A DNA stretch of 64,000 nt from Amoebophrya sp. A120 (Eukaryota; Protista; Dinoflagellata). Below are positions 38,140 through 49,800 of this stretch, one piece after another. The notes beneath the pieces were generated by a model. That model did not search any database, was not told the DNA's origin, and saw only the letters and a program-made list of their open reading frames with translations. How positions within the stretch are numbered: position 1 is the first letter of the stretch; each line of letters opens with the position of its first letter. A program made the translations under genes and the position numbers. The stretch spans positions 7,160,743 through 7,224,742 of the forward strand of contig CAJINV010000002.1 in NCBI GenBank assembly GCA_905178155.1. The letters are read 5' to 3'.

Positions 38140-41100
38140 ATGCTGAGTAAACGTTTCCCTGATGGCGCAGCAGGAGCCAGCTCCTCGTCCAAAAATAAGA
38201 AACAGCGCTCCGCCGCCGGCTACGTTGTTGCCTCGGTCGCCGCGGGAGCTACCGTTGCTGCTGCCCTCTTGTCCACCTCGCCCGGTATCTTTGGTATCGG
38301 CGCTGAGGCCGTTTCGGTCGTAGAAACTCCTGTTACAGATAACTACGGCGATCATGACTGGGAAGTGGTTCGCGACCCCGGCTGGGAAATGGTTCCCGAT
38401 CCCTACCGCATGCCGGGTAACTTGCCGTACCTGGGCAAGCACGTGGTAGTGGTTAGTCCGGACATGGAGGGTCTCCAAGCGGAATTGGACAACATTTTTA
38501 GCGAGAATACCCCGCGTTTGCAGTGGCCGCAGGACGCGCAGTGGAAGTCCTGGAACTTTCCCGTGCAGAATGACCCGCAATACCACAGTGGGATTCCGGG
38601 TCTCTTGCTGGATGCCGGGTACCAGGTGGAGGGCGCTACCGATCCGGCGGAGTGCGAGCCGGGAGCACGATGGAATCCGCCGCTGGCCTGCAGTAAGATT
38701 TACAACAACCCAAACCATCCAGGACAGCACCGGGGTCGGCACTTTGACCGCAGCGAACAGAGTCGCGTGCAAGTGTTCTTTCTCCCGGGCGAATACAAAG
38801 ACATCACCATTCGGCCGGGCTATTACCACGCCTATTCCGGTTTGGGCGAGGACATTGCCGATCCGAACCAGCGGGCCAGCATCGCAAAGGTGCTCATCAC
38901 CAATGGGAGCGAGCCGAACTACGGTGAGGGTGGCTTGAATAATTTTTGGCGATCCGTGGAGAACTTCCACGTGACAGGAGACGTGACAGCGGCCGTGTCG
39001 CAGGCCGCGCCGTTGCGCCGTCTGTTGGTGGATGGGAGCCTGAAGCTGGCTGCCATGCTGAAACCCGATGGGCGTGACGACCCTGACACGCCCACGATGG
39101 GGCGGACCTCGGGCGGGCACATGCAGGACGTGACCGTCAAGAACACCATTCTTCTCGGGTCGCAGCAGCAATTTTGCCTCGTCGACACGAAAGCCGAACA
39201 GTACACAGACGGTGCGTGGAGCTTTGTAGGCGTGAACGCCCAGGGGGATATCTCGAAGGTATCGCAAAACGCGGCCAAGACGGTGATTTCGCAAGACCAG
39301 AAGCCGGTCACCGCCTCCAAGCCTTTCCTGATTGTGCGAAAGAAACCGGACGGCAGTGGTGACTTCGAGTACTGGCTCAAAGTTCCCGGATTCACAAACC
39401 ACCAGCGTCTTTTGTCCAACTCGGCGAAGAACGACGATGCTTCCGTGCAGGATGAGGTCTTCGGCCCGATAACCGCGGCCCAAAACTCGCTCGTCTACAT
39501 TGCCTTCCCGAACGCGCCCGGCGCCTCGTACGACGAGCGGAAGAAGAGCACGGATAAAATCCGCAGCGCGCTGCAAAAGGGGCAGCACGTGCTGCTGACG
39601 CCGGGTATCTACTCGCTGACAGACGCGTTGGAGTTCAAGAAGGACATGGACGGCCAGGTCTTGCTCGGTCTTGGTTTTGTGACCCTCGAGGTGGAGCGCG
39701 AGACCGAATCCGCCCCCGTGTTCCCGGCAATCCGGGTACCCGGTTCGGCCACGCGCCCGAACATTGCGGCCATCACGCTGCAGCCGGGAAAGAACTCAGT
39801 TTTGAAGGACGCGGCTGGGAAGCCAAGCGTGTTGCTGCATTTGGAACGAGTGGAGCGCAGCTACAAAGCCACGGACTATGCCATTCTGTCCGACGTTTTC
39901 ACGCGCGTGGGAGGAGACAACAGTGTGAAGACAGACGGAAATAACCGGGAGGTGGACACGATGGTGCAAGTGGACCGGGACCAGGTGGTGATGATGGACT
40001 TGTGGCTCTGGCGCGCCGACCACGACGTGGACGGCCCGGTGGGCGAGGGCGACACGAAGGCCAACCGCGTGAACACGGCCATCCGCGTGAACGGACGCAA
40101 AGTGGTGGCCTACGGGCTCGCGGCCGAGCACGTGATGCAGAACCACGTGGAGTGGAACGGAGACGACGGCTTTGTGGCCTTCTACCAGTCCGAGCTGCCC
40201 TACGACTTCACGAAGGATTGGGGCTTCTCGCCCAACCAATACGACACGTCCCCCTCGGAAGACGGCTGGAGCTTGGTGCAAGCCAAGGCGCAGTACTACG
40301 GCTACAAGGTGACGGGCGAAAACCACCAGGCGCACGGCGTTGGCGTCTACATGTATCCGCGCGACAACGTGGTCACCGTCGCGGCAGGGTTTTCGGTGCC
40401 CGACTCGGCGACCATCGAGAACGCGTTCACCGTATTTTTAAACGGAAAGCTGGGCAGCAAAATCTTGAACGTGATCGAGAACAGCAAGAACTTGTGCCCT
40501 GGCAGCGACACGCCAGTTTCCGATCCTAAGGCCGGAGCCCCGCGCTTCTGCCGAAAGCCGAAAAACGGCGATCCGCAGCTACCGAACAAGCAAAGCCGGA
40601 AAATCCCGAAAAAATCTTCGAAGACGGTTAAAAATACTTCGACATCCAAGAAATGGCAGCAGGCCGAGAACTGTCCCGGCAGCGATCTTGAAGAGTTTAA
40701 GAAATGCTGGTACCCGTGGACTAAGGAATTTGGAGGCGACCCTACCGCTGGAACGGTGGACTACCCCGCCGGTTCCAGCCAGTACTATTTCGACCAGTTG
40801 GTGACCAAAGATGAGGGGGGCGCGGACGGGAAACCGCGGATCAGCATTGATTTCCATAAGGGGGCCATCGACAACTCGAAAGCCACATTCTGGGACCAGC
40901 GCCCTGCCATCCGTATGCACACGAAAAAGGCTTTCGGAGCGGGCTCCCTGTTTCTGGTTGACGTCGAGCAAATTCCGGTTTTGGACGGTGCCTGGCCCGG
41001 CATCTGGACTGCGCATGCCGGGGGGGCGCCGGGCATCTCGGGGTGGCCGGCCTCGGGCGAATTCGATATGGTCGAACACGTCAATGGCACCGGCATGAAG

Positions 41101-42075
41101 GGCATGCGAACCACCCTGCACACTCAAGCGGACGACCCGCAGCACACGTGTATCATGAAGAAAGAAGACATGGGACCGATGCAGGACGAATTGGATCTGC
41201 TTCAGAGCGGGAACCGCGTGGCATCGAACAACTGCCAAGGGAGCGATGGCTGCGGGGTGGACGCCGGGAGGGCCGGGATCCCAAACGGCGTGTCGCTGAA
41301 CAAGCAAAGAGGCGGCATTCAGTTGATGGCGCTGGAAGAAGATCGAGCCGCCTTCTTCTGGATTCCGCGCACGGACGCGGACCAAATCACGCCTGCCCAG
41401 AAAGACGACGGCGCCTTTTGGGAAACAAAACTGAACTTGGAGTACCAAAAGAGTGACGACCCGAATGTGGTGAATGCCTACGCCATCTTCTCTCTCGCGG
41501 ACACGAATTGTAGCGCGCGGCAGCTATTCAAGTCGCAGACGCTGATCCTCAATACAACCTTTTGCGGAGTTTGGGCCGGAAAAGTGCTGTACCCTTCACA
41601 AACAGTTTGGGAATCTTGGGAATGGTGCAACAAGCTGGTTAGGGACGCTCAATACGGGTTGCCGGAGCAAGTCGATCCGAACACAGGAAAGCCTGTCTGG
41701 AATGATCCGAAGACGGGAAAGCCAATCGCTGGCTTGGCCACCAATTTCCTGTTTAACGACATCAAGATTTTTTCCAAGGACGGCCGGAGCACAAACTGGA
41801 AGGAGAACATCCCCTTCAACATGGTCAAAAAAGCGCGGAACCTCTTGCGGCGGGCCAATAAGAACGTGGCGAGGGCTTCGGCAAAAGTCAAGAAAGCCAA
41901 AAGGTCGGCGCGGCGCTCGAACACGAAGGCTCGTCAGTTGAAAGTTCAGAAAGCCAAAGGGTCGCTGCGGCGCTCGAAGGCTCGTCGGTTACAAACTAAG
42001 AAAGCCATTGAAACAACAAGGTCGCAGCTGCGCCAGGCCCAGCGCAGTCTCGAAGCTTTGCAGCTCAACCCCTAA
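38140..42075 (+). CDS. Bifunctional beta-1,3-glucanase: GH55 (bacterial-type exo) domain fused to GH16 (laminarinase) domain, 1311 aa, intronless
   Basis: GH55 motifs NNFWRSVEN, AVSQAAPLRR, SQQQ, WLWRADH, YGLAAEH and FYQSELPYD; GH16 motifs GAWPGIW, WPASGEFDMVE (ExDxxE) and LILNTTFCGVWAG; hydrophobic signal/anchor near the N-terminus; K/R-rich tail. Confidence 0.88.
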   Translation: MLSKRFPDGAAGASSSSKNKKQRSAAGYVVASVAAGATVAAALLSTSPGIFGIGAEAVSVVETPVTDNYGDHDWEVVRDPGWEMVPDPYRMPGNLPYLGKHVVVVSPDMEGLQAELDNIFSENTPRLQWPQDAQWKSWNFPVQNDPQYHSGIPGLLLDAGYQVEGATDPAECEPGARWNPPLACSKIYNNPNHPGQHRGRHFDRSEQSRVQVFFLPGEYKDITIRPGYYHAYSGLGEDIADPNQRASIAKVLITNGSEPNYGEGGLNNFWRSVENFHVTGDVTAAVSQAAPLRRLLVDGSLKLAAMLKPDGRDDPDTPTMGRTSGGHMQDVTVKNTILLGSQQQFCLVDTKAEQYTDGAWSFVGVNAQGDISKVSQNAAKTVISQDQKPVTASKPFLIVRKKPDGSGDFEYWLKVPGFTNHQRLLSNSAKNDDASVQDEVFGPITAAQNSLVYIAFPNAPGASYDERKKSTDKIRSALQKGQHVLLTPGIYSLTDALEFKKDMDGQVLLGLGFVTLEVERETESAPVFPAIRVPGSATRPNIAAITLQPGKNSVLKDAAGKPSVLLHLERVERSYKATDYAILSDVFTRVGGDNSVKTDGNNREVDTMVQVDRDQVVMMDLWLWRADHDVDGPVGEGDTKANRVNTAIRVNGRKVVAYGLAAEHVMQNHVEWNGDDGFVAFYQSELPYDFTKDWGFSPNQYDTSPSEDGWSLVQAKAQYYGYKVTGENHQAHGVGVYMYPRDNVVTVAAGFSVPDSATIENAFTVFLNGKLGSKILNVIENSKNLCPGSDTPVSDPKAGAPRFCRKPKNGDPQLPNKQSRKIPKKSSKTVKNTSTSKKWQQAENCPGSDLEEFKKCWYPWTKEFGGDPTAGTVDYPAGSSQYYFDQLVTKDEGGADGKPRISIDFHKGAIDNSKATFWDQRPAIRMHTKKAFGAGSLFLVDVEQIPVLDGAWPGIWTAHAGGAPGISGWPASGEFDMVEHVNGTGMKGMRTTLHTQADDPQHTCIMKKEDMGPMQDELDLLQSGNRVASNNCQGSDGCGVDAGRAGIPNGVSLNKQRGGIQLMALEEDRAAFFWIPRTDADQITPAQKDDGAFWETKLNLEYQKSDDPNVVNAYAIFSLADTNCSARQLFKSQTLILNTTFCGVWAGKVLYPSQTVWESWEWCNKLVRDAQYGLPEQVDPNTGKPVWNDPKTGKPIAGLATNFLFNDIKIFSKDGRSTNWKENIPFNMVKKARNLLRRANKNVARASAKVKKAKRSARRSNTKARQLKVQKAKGSLRRSKARRLQTKKAIETTRSQLRQAQRSLEALQLNP

Positions 42076-43839
42076 GACGGCTTTGCTGTATCTCTTCGAT
42101 TTCGTCCTTCGTTGAACCATGGAGTAGAAGAATTCCAGATATTTTTCTATGAACTTTTACTTTAACCGATCGCGTTTTTCGAGATTTCTACACAGACGGA
42201 CGAGAAACATCTAGTAAGAACCTTGTTTGATGGCATTTGATGCTGTAAAATATCACAGAGCTCTTGAAATCATTGTGGATTTTCATTCGTAAGAGAACTG
42301 GTCCTCTTCCAATACTAATTACGATTGAGTACGCATGATTCTCGAGCGCAATGTGAACGGAATTCGAGGTGACATGGCCACGGTCCATATTTACACGATT
42401 AGAACGAACCAAGCCAGCGGGGACCGAAGAAGTGGTCATGACTCCTTGGTGCTTTGTAAAGAGGCTACTTACTTATGACGAGGCAACTCCTCTCCTCAAG
42501 TAGTTTCGATGTTAGCGGTGTAAGCACAACTAGGAGTACAAATACAATGACAAAGGTAGCGTTTTGATTTGAACGAAGAATGCTAAGCATACATGAACAC
42601 TCAACGCCGTTGAATGTTCAAACCTCGTACACCGTTACGGTGTACGAGGTTCTATCTGACAGGGACGTGGTCAATCTATTTTTATCATGGGGGAAGATGC
42701 CATCTTAGATGGGGGGCGGAGGTGCACGAAAAGCCTAAACCCGTCCTTGCAGAAGTGTTATTTTCGTGGGCAACTACTCACATTCGTGTACAATTTATTC
42801 CAGAATTATAATCACCAACGAACGAAGAAACTCTTTGCAACCAAGACGCCTGTCTCCATCGCTGGGATGAACACAAAAAGCAAGAGCTCTCTAGCAAACA
42901 TCTGCGAACCATTTATTTGATTTACCGATTGGCTTTTACTTCTTCTTTCAGTTCTTTATCTTTATCTTTCTGAAAATTCTACTACCGAGTCGACGGCGCC
43001 GGGTGCCATCATCTCGTTCGGAGTATATTTTCATTTGCAGCAGGACTAGGTAGAAGTAACGGAAAGAAGAGTTTTCAGCTGGTTTTTATTTGCTTCTTAT
43101 GGAAGATGAAGTCGCGGATCACAAGTCGATCTACACCATGCTAAATGCAGGAAGACGGTACTGTAGTTGGACTCTGAGTGCTACTTTATGGAAAGGCAAA
43201 GATTTCATGCAAAAAATGAAAACAGCGTCAGCCATTGCAGTGACTGCACCTGGATTATCCTCTGCACTGCAGCTGCTGCCAGAGTTCGTTGTTCTCCGAT
43301 TATCTATTTTGTTTTCGTCTGATATATTGACGAGGCCCTCGCTTGAAAAAGCTTGAAGGGTAAAAAGAAGATCGTCCACCTTGTTTTTTTGTCGTATAAT
43401 CCGAGACAGCAGAGTGGAGAGAGGACAGCAAAGTCAAATTGCGAAGAAAATCAATCTGTGCGAATGGCTCGGGAGGGACTGACGCTGCTTCCAGATGTTG
43501 AATGAGGAGAAGATATATTCCCACTCGAAATATGTATCGCGCCGCAGATAATTCTTCGGTAGCGTCGTTCTGGTTAGCTTCAATTCTTTTGTGTTGCTCC
43601 TTGTGTCGTGACCTCGTCAGTCTCGCTTCTCTTTCGTTTCTTTCTGCGTCTCTTCTTGTAGCATGTGTCGCTAGAAATAAATTAACATAATTAAAGTGTT
43701 TTTCCGGCAGCATGTTTACAGTAACACTAACGAAACGAGAACACGAAAGGCCAGTACAAATAGAGATCAAGACAGGTGGGTGTCGTTGTGGATTTTTTTG
43801 AAGGCGCCGTCAAAGAACTCGAACTCGAAGATCTTCAAA

Positions 43840-46800
43840 ATGACAGGCAAACCTGCTCCTGCGAACAAGACAAATGCATCAAAGCGGAACAATTCCTCTT
43901 ATGATGACGATAAATTTTTCGCCACTCTTGCCAAGTTGGAGCAGCAGCAGGATCACGAACATCAACTCAGTGGTGAGACGGGCAGCGAAAATGAATCTCA
44001 ACTGCGATCGACGCATCAGCACAAAAAGACGAGCGCCACCGGAAGGACCGAGAACGCGTCGCAGGATCAGCAACCTCGACTTGGTTCGTCTGGGGCACTG
44101 CAAGGAGACCACGGGGGGTTGTTGGCGGCGCAGGTCGCCGAAAAGCTCCGAAAGCAGACAAAGATTCGGCATCACGAACCAGAAAGCTGCCTGTCATCAG
44201 CTGGGAAGGTAAAACGAATCCGAATCGGGGAAGGTTGGACAGACAAAGGCGCGGTGGGGGCGGCGGAAGGGGACCGAGACGCAGATGAGATGACCAGAAA
44301 CAACGTCGCTCGAGTCAGTGAAAGTTTCGAGATGTTGCAGAACGGGGAAGAATCAGAAAGCCGAAGTCGTCTGGCAACATATGTTGATGCTACTGCAAGA
44401 CCGGCAGCCCCGTTCCTCTTCTACCAAGGAGCAGCAGCAGTGGCTCAAAATGCAGCACCCAGTCGTGGCTCGACAGCGGATAATGTTGATCGGAACAGGA
44501 ATACGACCACGACATCTCGCGGCCGCGAGCAGGACAGCGACCCGAAAATTATTGGCAACAAGAAGAACACGACCTTCAAAACCTTCCCGTTCCCTCGCGA
44601 GCAGATCGGGGGCTCTTCGTCCTCGACGGCGCCGCTAAATAGCAGGTACCCGAACAGCGCCGATAACTTCTTCTACTATGAAGGTGAGGCGACTGAGGAG
44701 GAACAGGAAGTGAGTAGTTATTCCCAAAATCATGAAGCGGGGAACGACACGACGTCCATTGCCTCCGCCATGGACCAATTTGAGAAACGACTGCAGATAA
44801 AGCTTGACCGGCTGCAGCGGGAGCACCTGGAGCCGCAGCTCGGCAGGCGGATGGACAAAATTTTTCAAAAGGACAGGAAGTACGATCATTCTGGTGAGTA
44901 TCCACAAAAAAACAAACATACCCATCCATTTTTTGCATGAGCATGACACATGTTGCATGACAAATTGGATGGGGATGGTTTTTTTTTGTGGATAGTAAGC
45001 TGGACGCACAGCTGCAGCAGGAACACCACGGGAAACTGCGGAAAATGCAGGAGGAGCTGCGGAATTACGAGGCGGGGGAGAATAAGTCTGGCGCCAGTGC
45101 TGAAGGTACACGTACAACTTCTAACCACGGCGCAGGTACTAGATCGAACTTGTTTACTCCATCCGCCACGAAAGCCGCAAAGGAACAGCACAAGCTGCAC
45201 AACATTCGAGACCGGCGCGAACAGGAGGAGCAAGGGCGTTTGCAGGACGAATTTGAGCTGCTCATGAAGCAGCACCGGGACTTGATGCTGGAAAATCGAA
45301 AATTGCTATCCGGGGGGAAAGAATCTCAATATAATTGATCAAGCCTCTTCTTCGTTATGCCACTGTTACGTATTTTTGCAAGTGCCCACGACCCATTTTA
45401 TGCAAACATGATATTGTGGACGGATGCATTGTGCAACTCTTAGCAGATAGTACATACAGTGAGCCGCGGTCCCGCGGAGCGCTGCATCACAATAGCCATG
45501 GCCTAGGTCGGAGGACAGTCTGAGAACGGTGCATCAAATATTTAACGGGCTTCATTTGCATCAGGATAAACGTACGGGGAAAAAGTGGAAGTGTCGGGCA
45601 AAATGTTTGCCGAGCTCGAGGAGAAAAAGCGGGAGCTAGAAGCCTACAAAATCGATGCGGAGCTGAGTCGTGTCGGTAACAACTTTCAGATCATGCGATA
45701 GTGGAGCACGTTGAATGTTGAAGTCTTTCTTTGCAGGAGACAAATGTTGTTTGCTGTTTCCTCCGCAGGAAGATGTTGGCATCTGCGACAGTGTATTAAA
45801 CATAGGATAGAGATGGCTCTTGTGCATCAAATATGGTTGCCTTTTTGATGTAAAAAATGCAAAACTACCTGCACCACAACACACACAGGTCGTGCCGGCG
45901 TCGATCCGGACACGTATTACCGGGAGCTGCGGAAGAACCTGGACCGGTTGCGGAGCGATAAGCAGGATCTGTTCTGGTCAAAGGGCCAGGAGCACTGGAT
46001 CGCGGAGCGGGATCGGTTGCGGGCGGAGATCGAGGCGTATAAAGTGGAATTAGAGGTGCAGAAGGGGATCGAGTCCAGTGAGAAGAAGAACAAAGCGAAA
46101 GCCGACCGGCAAGAGGTCGAAAAGATGAAAGCAGCAGCGAAAAATTCGCACATAAAGCTCGATTTCGACAAGACCAATCCTGTCGTGACCAAACTCGACG
46201 CGGCGATGCAAACGGAGCCGGTGAAGCTACGGGTTGGCGGCGAAAGTTACTACGGTCTGGCGGGGGCAGAGGCCCGAGACCGGTTGATGGCGGGGGAAGA
46301 CGGAGTTTCGCCCCTGTTCTCTTCGGTAAACGCCGGCACGAAAATGCAGCGGAGCGAGGCCATGTTTGGGCTGTCGCCCATGTTGCCAACCGGTGATGAG
46401 TATCCACTGCAACAGTGTTTCTTACTTACTCGTACTAATTGCAGCACAGGATGTTGACGAATCTATTTTCTTACCTGAAGCTGACTCCGCATACTGCAAA
46501 TTGCGTTTTTTCATCATCTCTTGCAAAAATTTGTGATGCAAATCATACTTCTGCTAGTGTAGTGCGATGCTTTTGCAATGCATAATAAGATGGAGGACGG
46601 CCTGCTGGTCGGGGGAGATGAAGAGGAGGACAGCGACGAGGACCAGCTCCTCGGAGACGAACTCGAAGAGGAGTTCGACACTGCGACGGCAAGTTTTGCA
46701 AATACGCAGAACGCGGCGGGTATCAAATGTAAAAATGTCTGGGTCTGGAAGATTGTGAGATTTGTCATGCATATCTCGGGTCACGCAAATGGCGTCTGAT

Positions 46801-49800
46801 GCAGGCAAAAGCATCACAGGTTTCGCGCACGCCTCATGATGCCTGTCCCGCATGAGAAACTTCCTACTTGCGTGCCAAGAAGTGGACAGCTTTTGGCGCT
46901 CATGCAACGCAAAATTTTGTGTGTTCCAGAGTTTGCATCACAAGTTCCAACCCTTCCAGACCCAGACACTTTTACATTTGATAGCGGAAAAGCAGCGGAG
47001 ACAGAAGCGAAAGAGAGTGCTGCAAATGCAGCGAAAGAACATTCGGCCAAAGGGGCATTTGCTGCGGCAGGAACTACTGCAACACCAGTCGGAAGAGCAG
47101 AGACGCGAGAAGCGCAAGGAGCAGATGTTCGGGGACAAACGGAGGAAAAAGCGGAAAAAATTTTTGAACGCAAAAACACAACTACAGACGAAAAACAAAA
47201 CGACTATAGAGAATGGTCATGTGTCCGAGTCCGACGAGGAGATTGCCACCGCCGCGGAAAACACAGCGTTTCTGCTCTCCGGTTACGAGATCAAGGGGTT
47301 TCGGGTTATCATAGAGGCCCGGTTGTTCCGCGTGAAACAGCGTATTAACGCGCTGGAGAAGAAGAAGGAGGAGCTTGCGCTCGTGATCTCCGAGAAGAAC
47401 AAAAAAGCCGGGCAAATTGTCGAAGCCGCGATGCAAAAGGCGGAGAAACTTTTGACCAGATTGTCCGCGCAACAGTTCACGGTGTTCGAAGTTTTTGCCT
47501 ATTTCCCGTCCTACGCGAACGGCGAAGACCCGGAAGACGAAGTGGACATTGACTTGCGGGAGATCTGGAAACTCGACCCAGGATTGGGCGAGGGCATCGT
47601 GTACCTGCGCGAACTGCTTGATCCCTTTGTACTGAATGGGAAGCACCTGGGGCTGAAGAACGATAATATGGGCGCTGCAGCAGGAGGAGGAAAAAGCAAT
47701 CAAGCGAAAATAGCAGCTGCCTCCGCAAGTAAAGGCCAACAACTGTGGAACTACACGAATGTCGAGAGCATTGACGTGGAGGTGAACGAAGCGGAAGTTG
47801 CAAAAAACGCAACTGGTGACGACGACCCGTTTTCGCTCGATTCGAAACCCCTCGTATGCATTGCAAAAGTATCGTACTAGTATAAATTGCATCACAAATT
47901 TTGGCAAGAAGAAAAGTGGAACTTGTAGTGCTGTTTTACCTTAGGAAGGAGATTTGTCATGCATATTTGCAATTAGTACGACTACGATACTTTTGCACAG
48001 GATACCTCGTAACCCGGTACAAGCTGTGGCGGGACAGGAGATATCGACTGTAAAAATGTCTGGGTCTGGAAAAGTGAAACTTGTCATGCTAAATCTGAAT
48101 CATACAAAAATCTGTGTTGCATGATTACGAATAAAGCTGTTCACTTTTGAGAAGGCCGAGAGGCAGTTTGTCATGCGGAAAAGGCATAGTAAAGATCTCA
48201 CAGAATCTGTGATGCTACGGCATGCATCACAGACCTCACACGTCATGCAAAACCTGCATCACAAGTCTGGCATTCTTCCAGACCCAGACACTTTTGCAAT
48301 CCATAGGAAACAGCACGGACAGATCTTCGAGAAGGAGCAGAAATTCCGGGAGCTGCAGCTGCGGAAAGCGCAGGGTGCGGTCGACGCCGCAAAGCAGTTT
48401 TACCAGTCCGAGCAAACGAGGCATCTGCAGAAACACGCTGGCGGAGCGGCAGGTGAAACAACGAAGTACAAACTGCAGCCCACGTCGACGTTGTCGCACG
48501 CGTCGCTTGCCGGTGTCGCGAGCATCATGGCGCGGAAGGTGAAGGCGTTGACGAGCACGGGAGATCCATCTTCAGAGGACCACACAGGCGAGAAGAATCT
48601 CCAGGATGCGATGCACGCGCAAAACCGAGAGCACGAACTGGAGGAGAGAAGTGCCGATCTGAACACGGTTTGCATGCTTTTATCCCACCTCCACGGCCAG
48701 CGGGCCAACGTGCTGACGAAGTTGAAGCAGCAGCAAAAAATCGAGCAACAGCTCGAAGAAGAGCGGAAGGAGAAGGAACGGATCGAGCTCGAGAAGCAGA
48801 AACGGGCACTGGACGTGACCACCAAATTTGTGCAGCTGAACGACGCGGAGAATTACCCGGTGGAGCTGCAACTCGACCAGGCCATTACCAGGGCGGAGGA
48901 GAGGCGGTTGGAATTGCTCACGCAAGATATTGAAGACATCTCGGAGTTGTTGGCCAGCGCGGTGGCGAAACGGAAGCAGTTGGCGGAAGAGAGAATGTTC
49001 ATGGAAAACAAGCGCGACGCGAACGTGAAGAGCGTTCTGCTGAAGAGCCAGGAGCGGCGGGAGTTGGAGGAGAGGTTTGTTGAAAATTGCATGAACGAAA
49101 TGAGTATGCATTGCAAAAGAACTATCGTGATCGTACTAGTATGTATTGCAGTGCAGCACGAGACACCAATTCGTTGCTTAGCTAATTCAGCTGGAAAAAA
49201 TTGTCATGCTATCTAATACCAAGTACGATCATACAGATACTTTTGCAATGCATACTGAGGTGGGAAGATTTGGAAAAGTGCTCCAGCAAAATGTTACGCG
49301 ACACGTACAAAGTTACGCAGGCAATCGAGGCTGGGAACAAGAAAAGCAAAGATAGTGGGGAAGTAGAGGAGCGACCAAAGGGCGGGAGCACGACCCAGCA
49401 CAGAGAGGCTTCATCTACAACTTCTGCAGCAGCTGTAGTTGATGAACAAAATAAAGTCCTGCAACAGGTCGAGAAGGGCTACCAGGAGCATTTGTCGAGC
49501 TTTATGGAGAACATCCGTAGTTTGAAAAACCACAGCAAATTCGGCGACGTGGAATTGGAGCAGAAAGCACATCTAGAAGCGCTGCAACAGTTCCGCAAGG
49601 CGTTTGGGCACCACAACTTGGAAAAAAAGGAGCTGAAGAAGGCGTTGCATTTGTTGAACAAGTTATCCACAGAAAAACACCCATCCACATCCAATTTGTC
49701 ACGCAGAACACGTATAAAATCGCGTGCTTGTCATGCAAAAAATGGATGTGGATGGGTTTTTTTCTGTGGATACAAGTTTAAGGAATTCGACACCACGGTC

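Noticed and set aside
38059-39588. 509-aa minus-strand ORF and the many other minus-strand ORFs
   Set aside because: Antisense shadows of GC-rich + strand genes; no recognisable domains.
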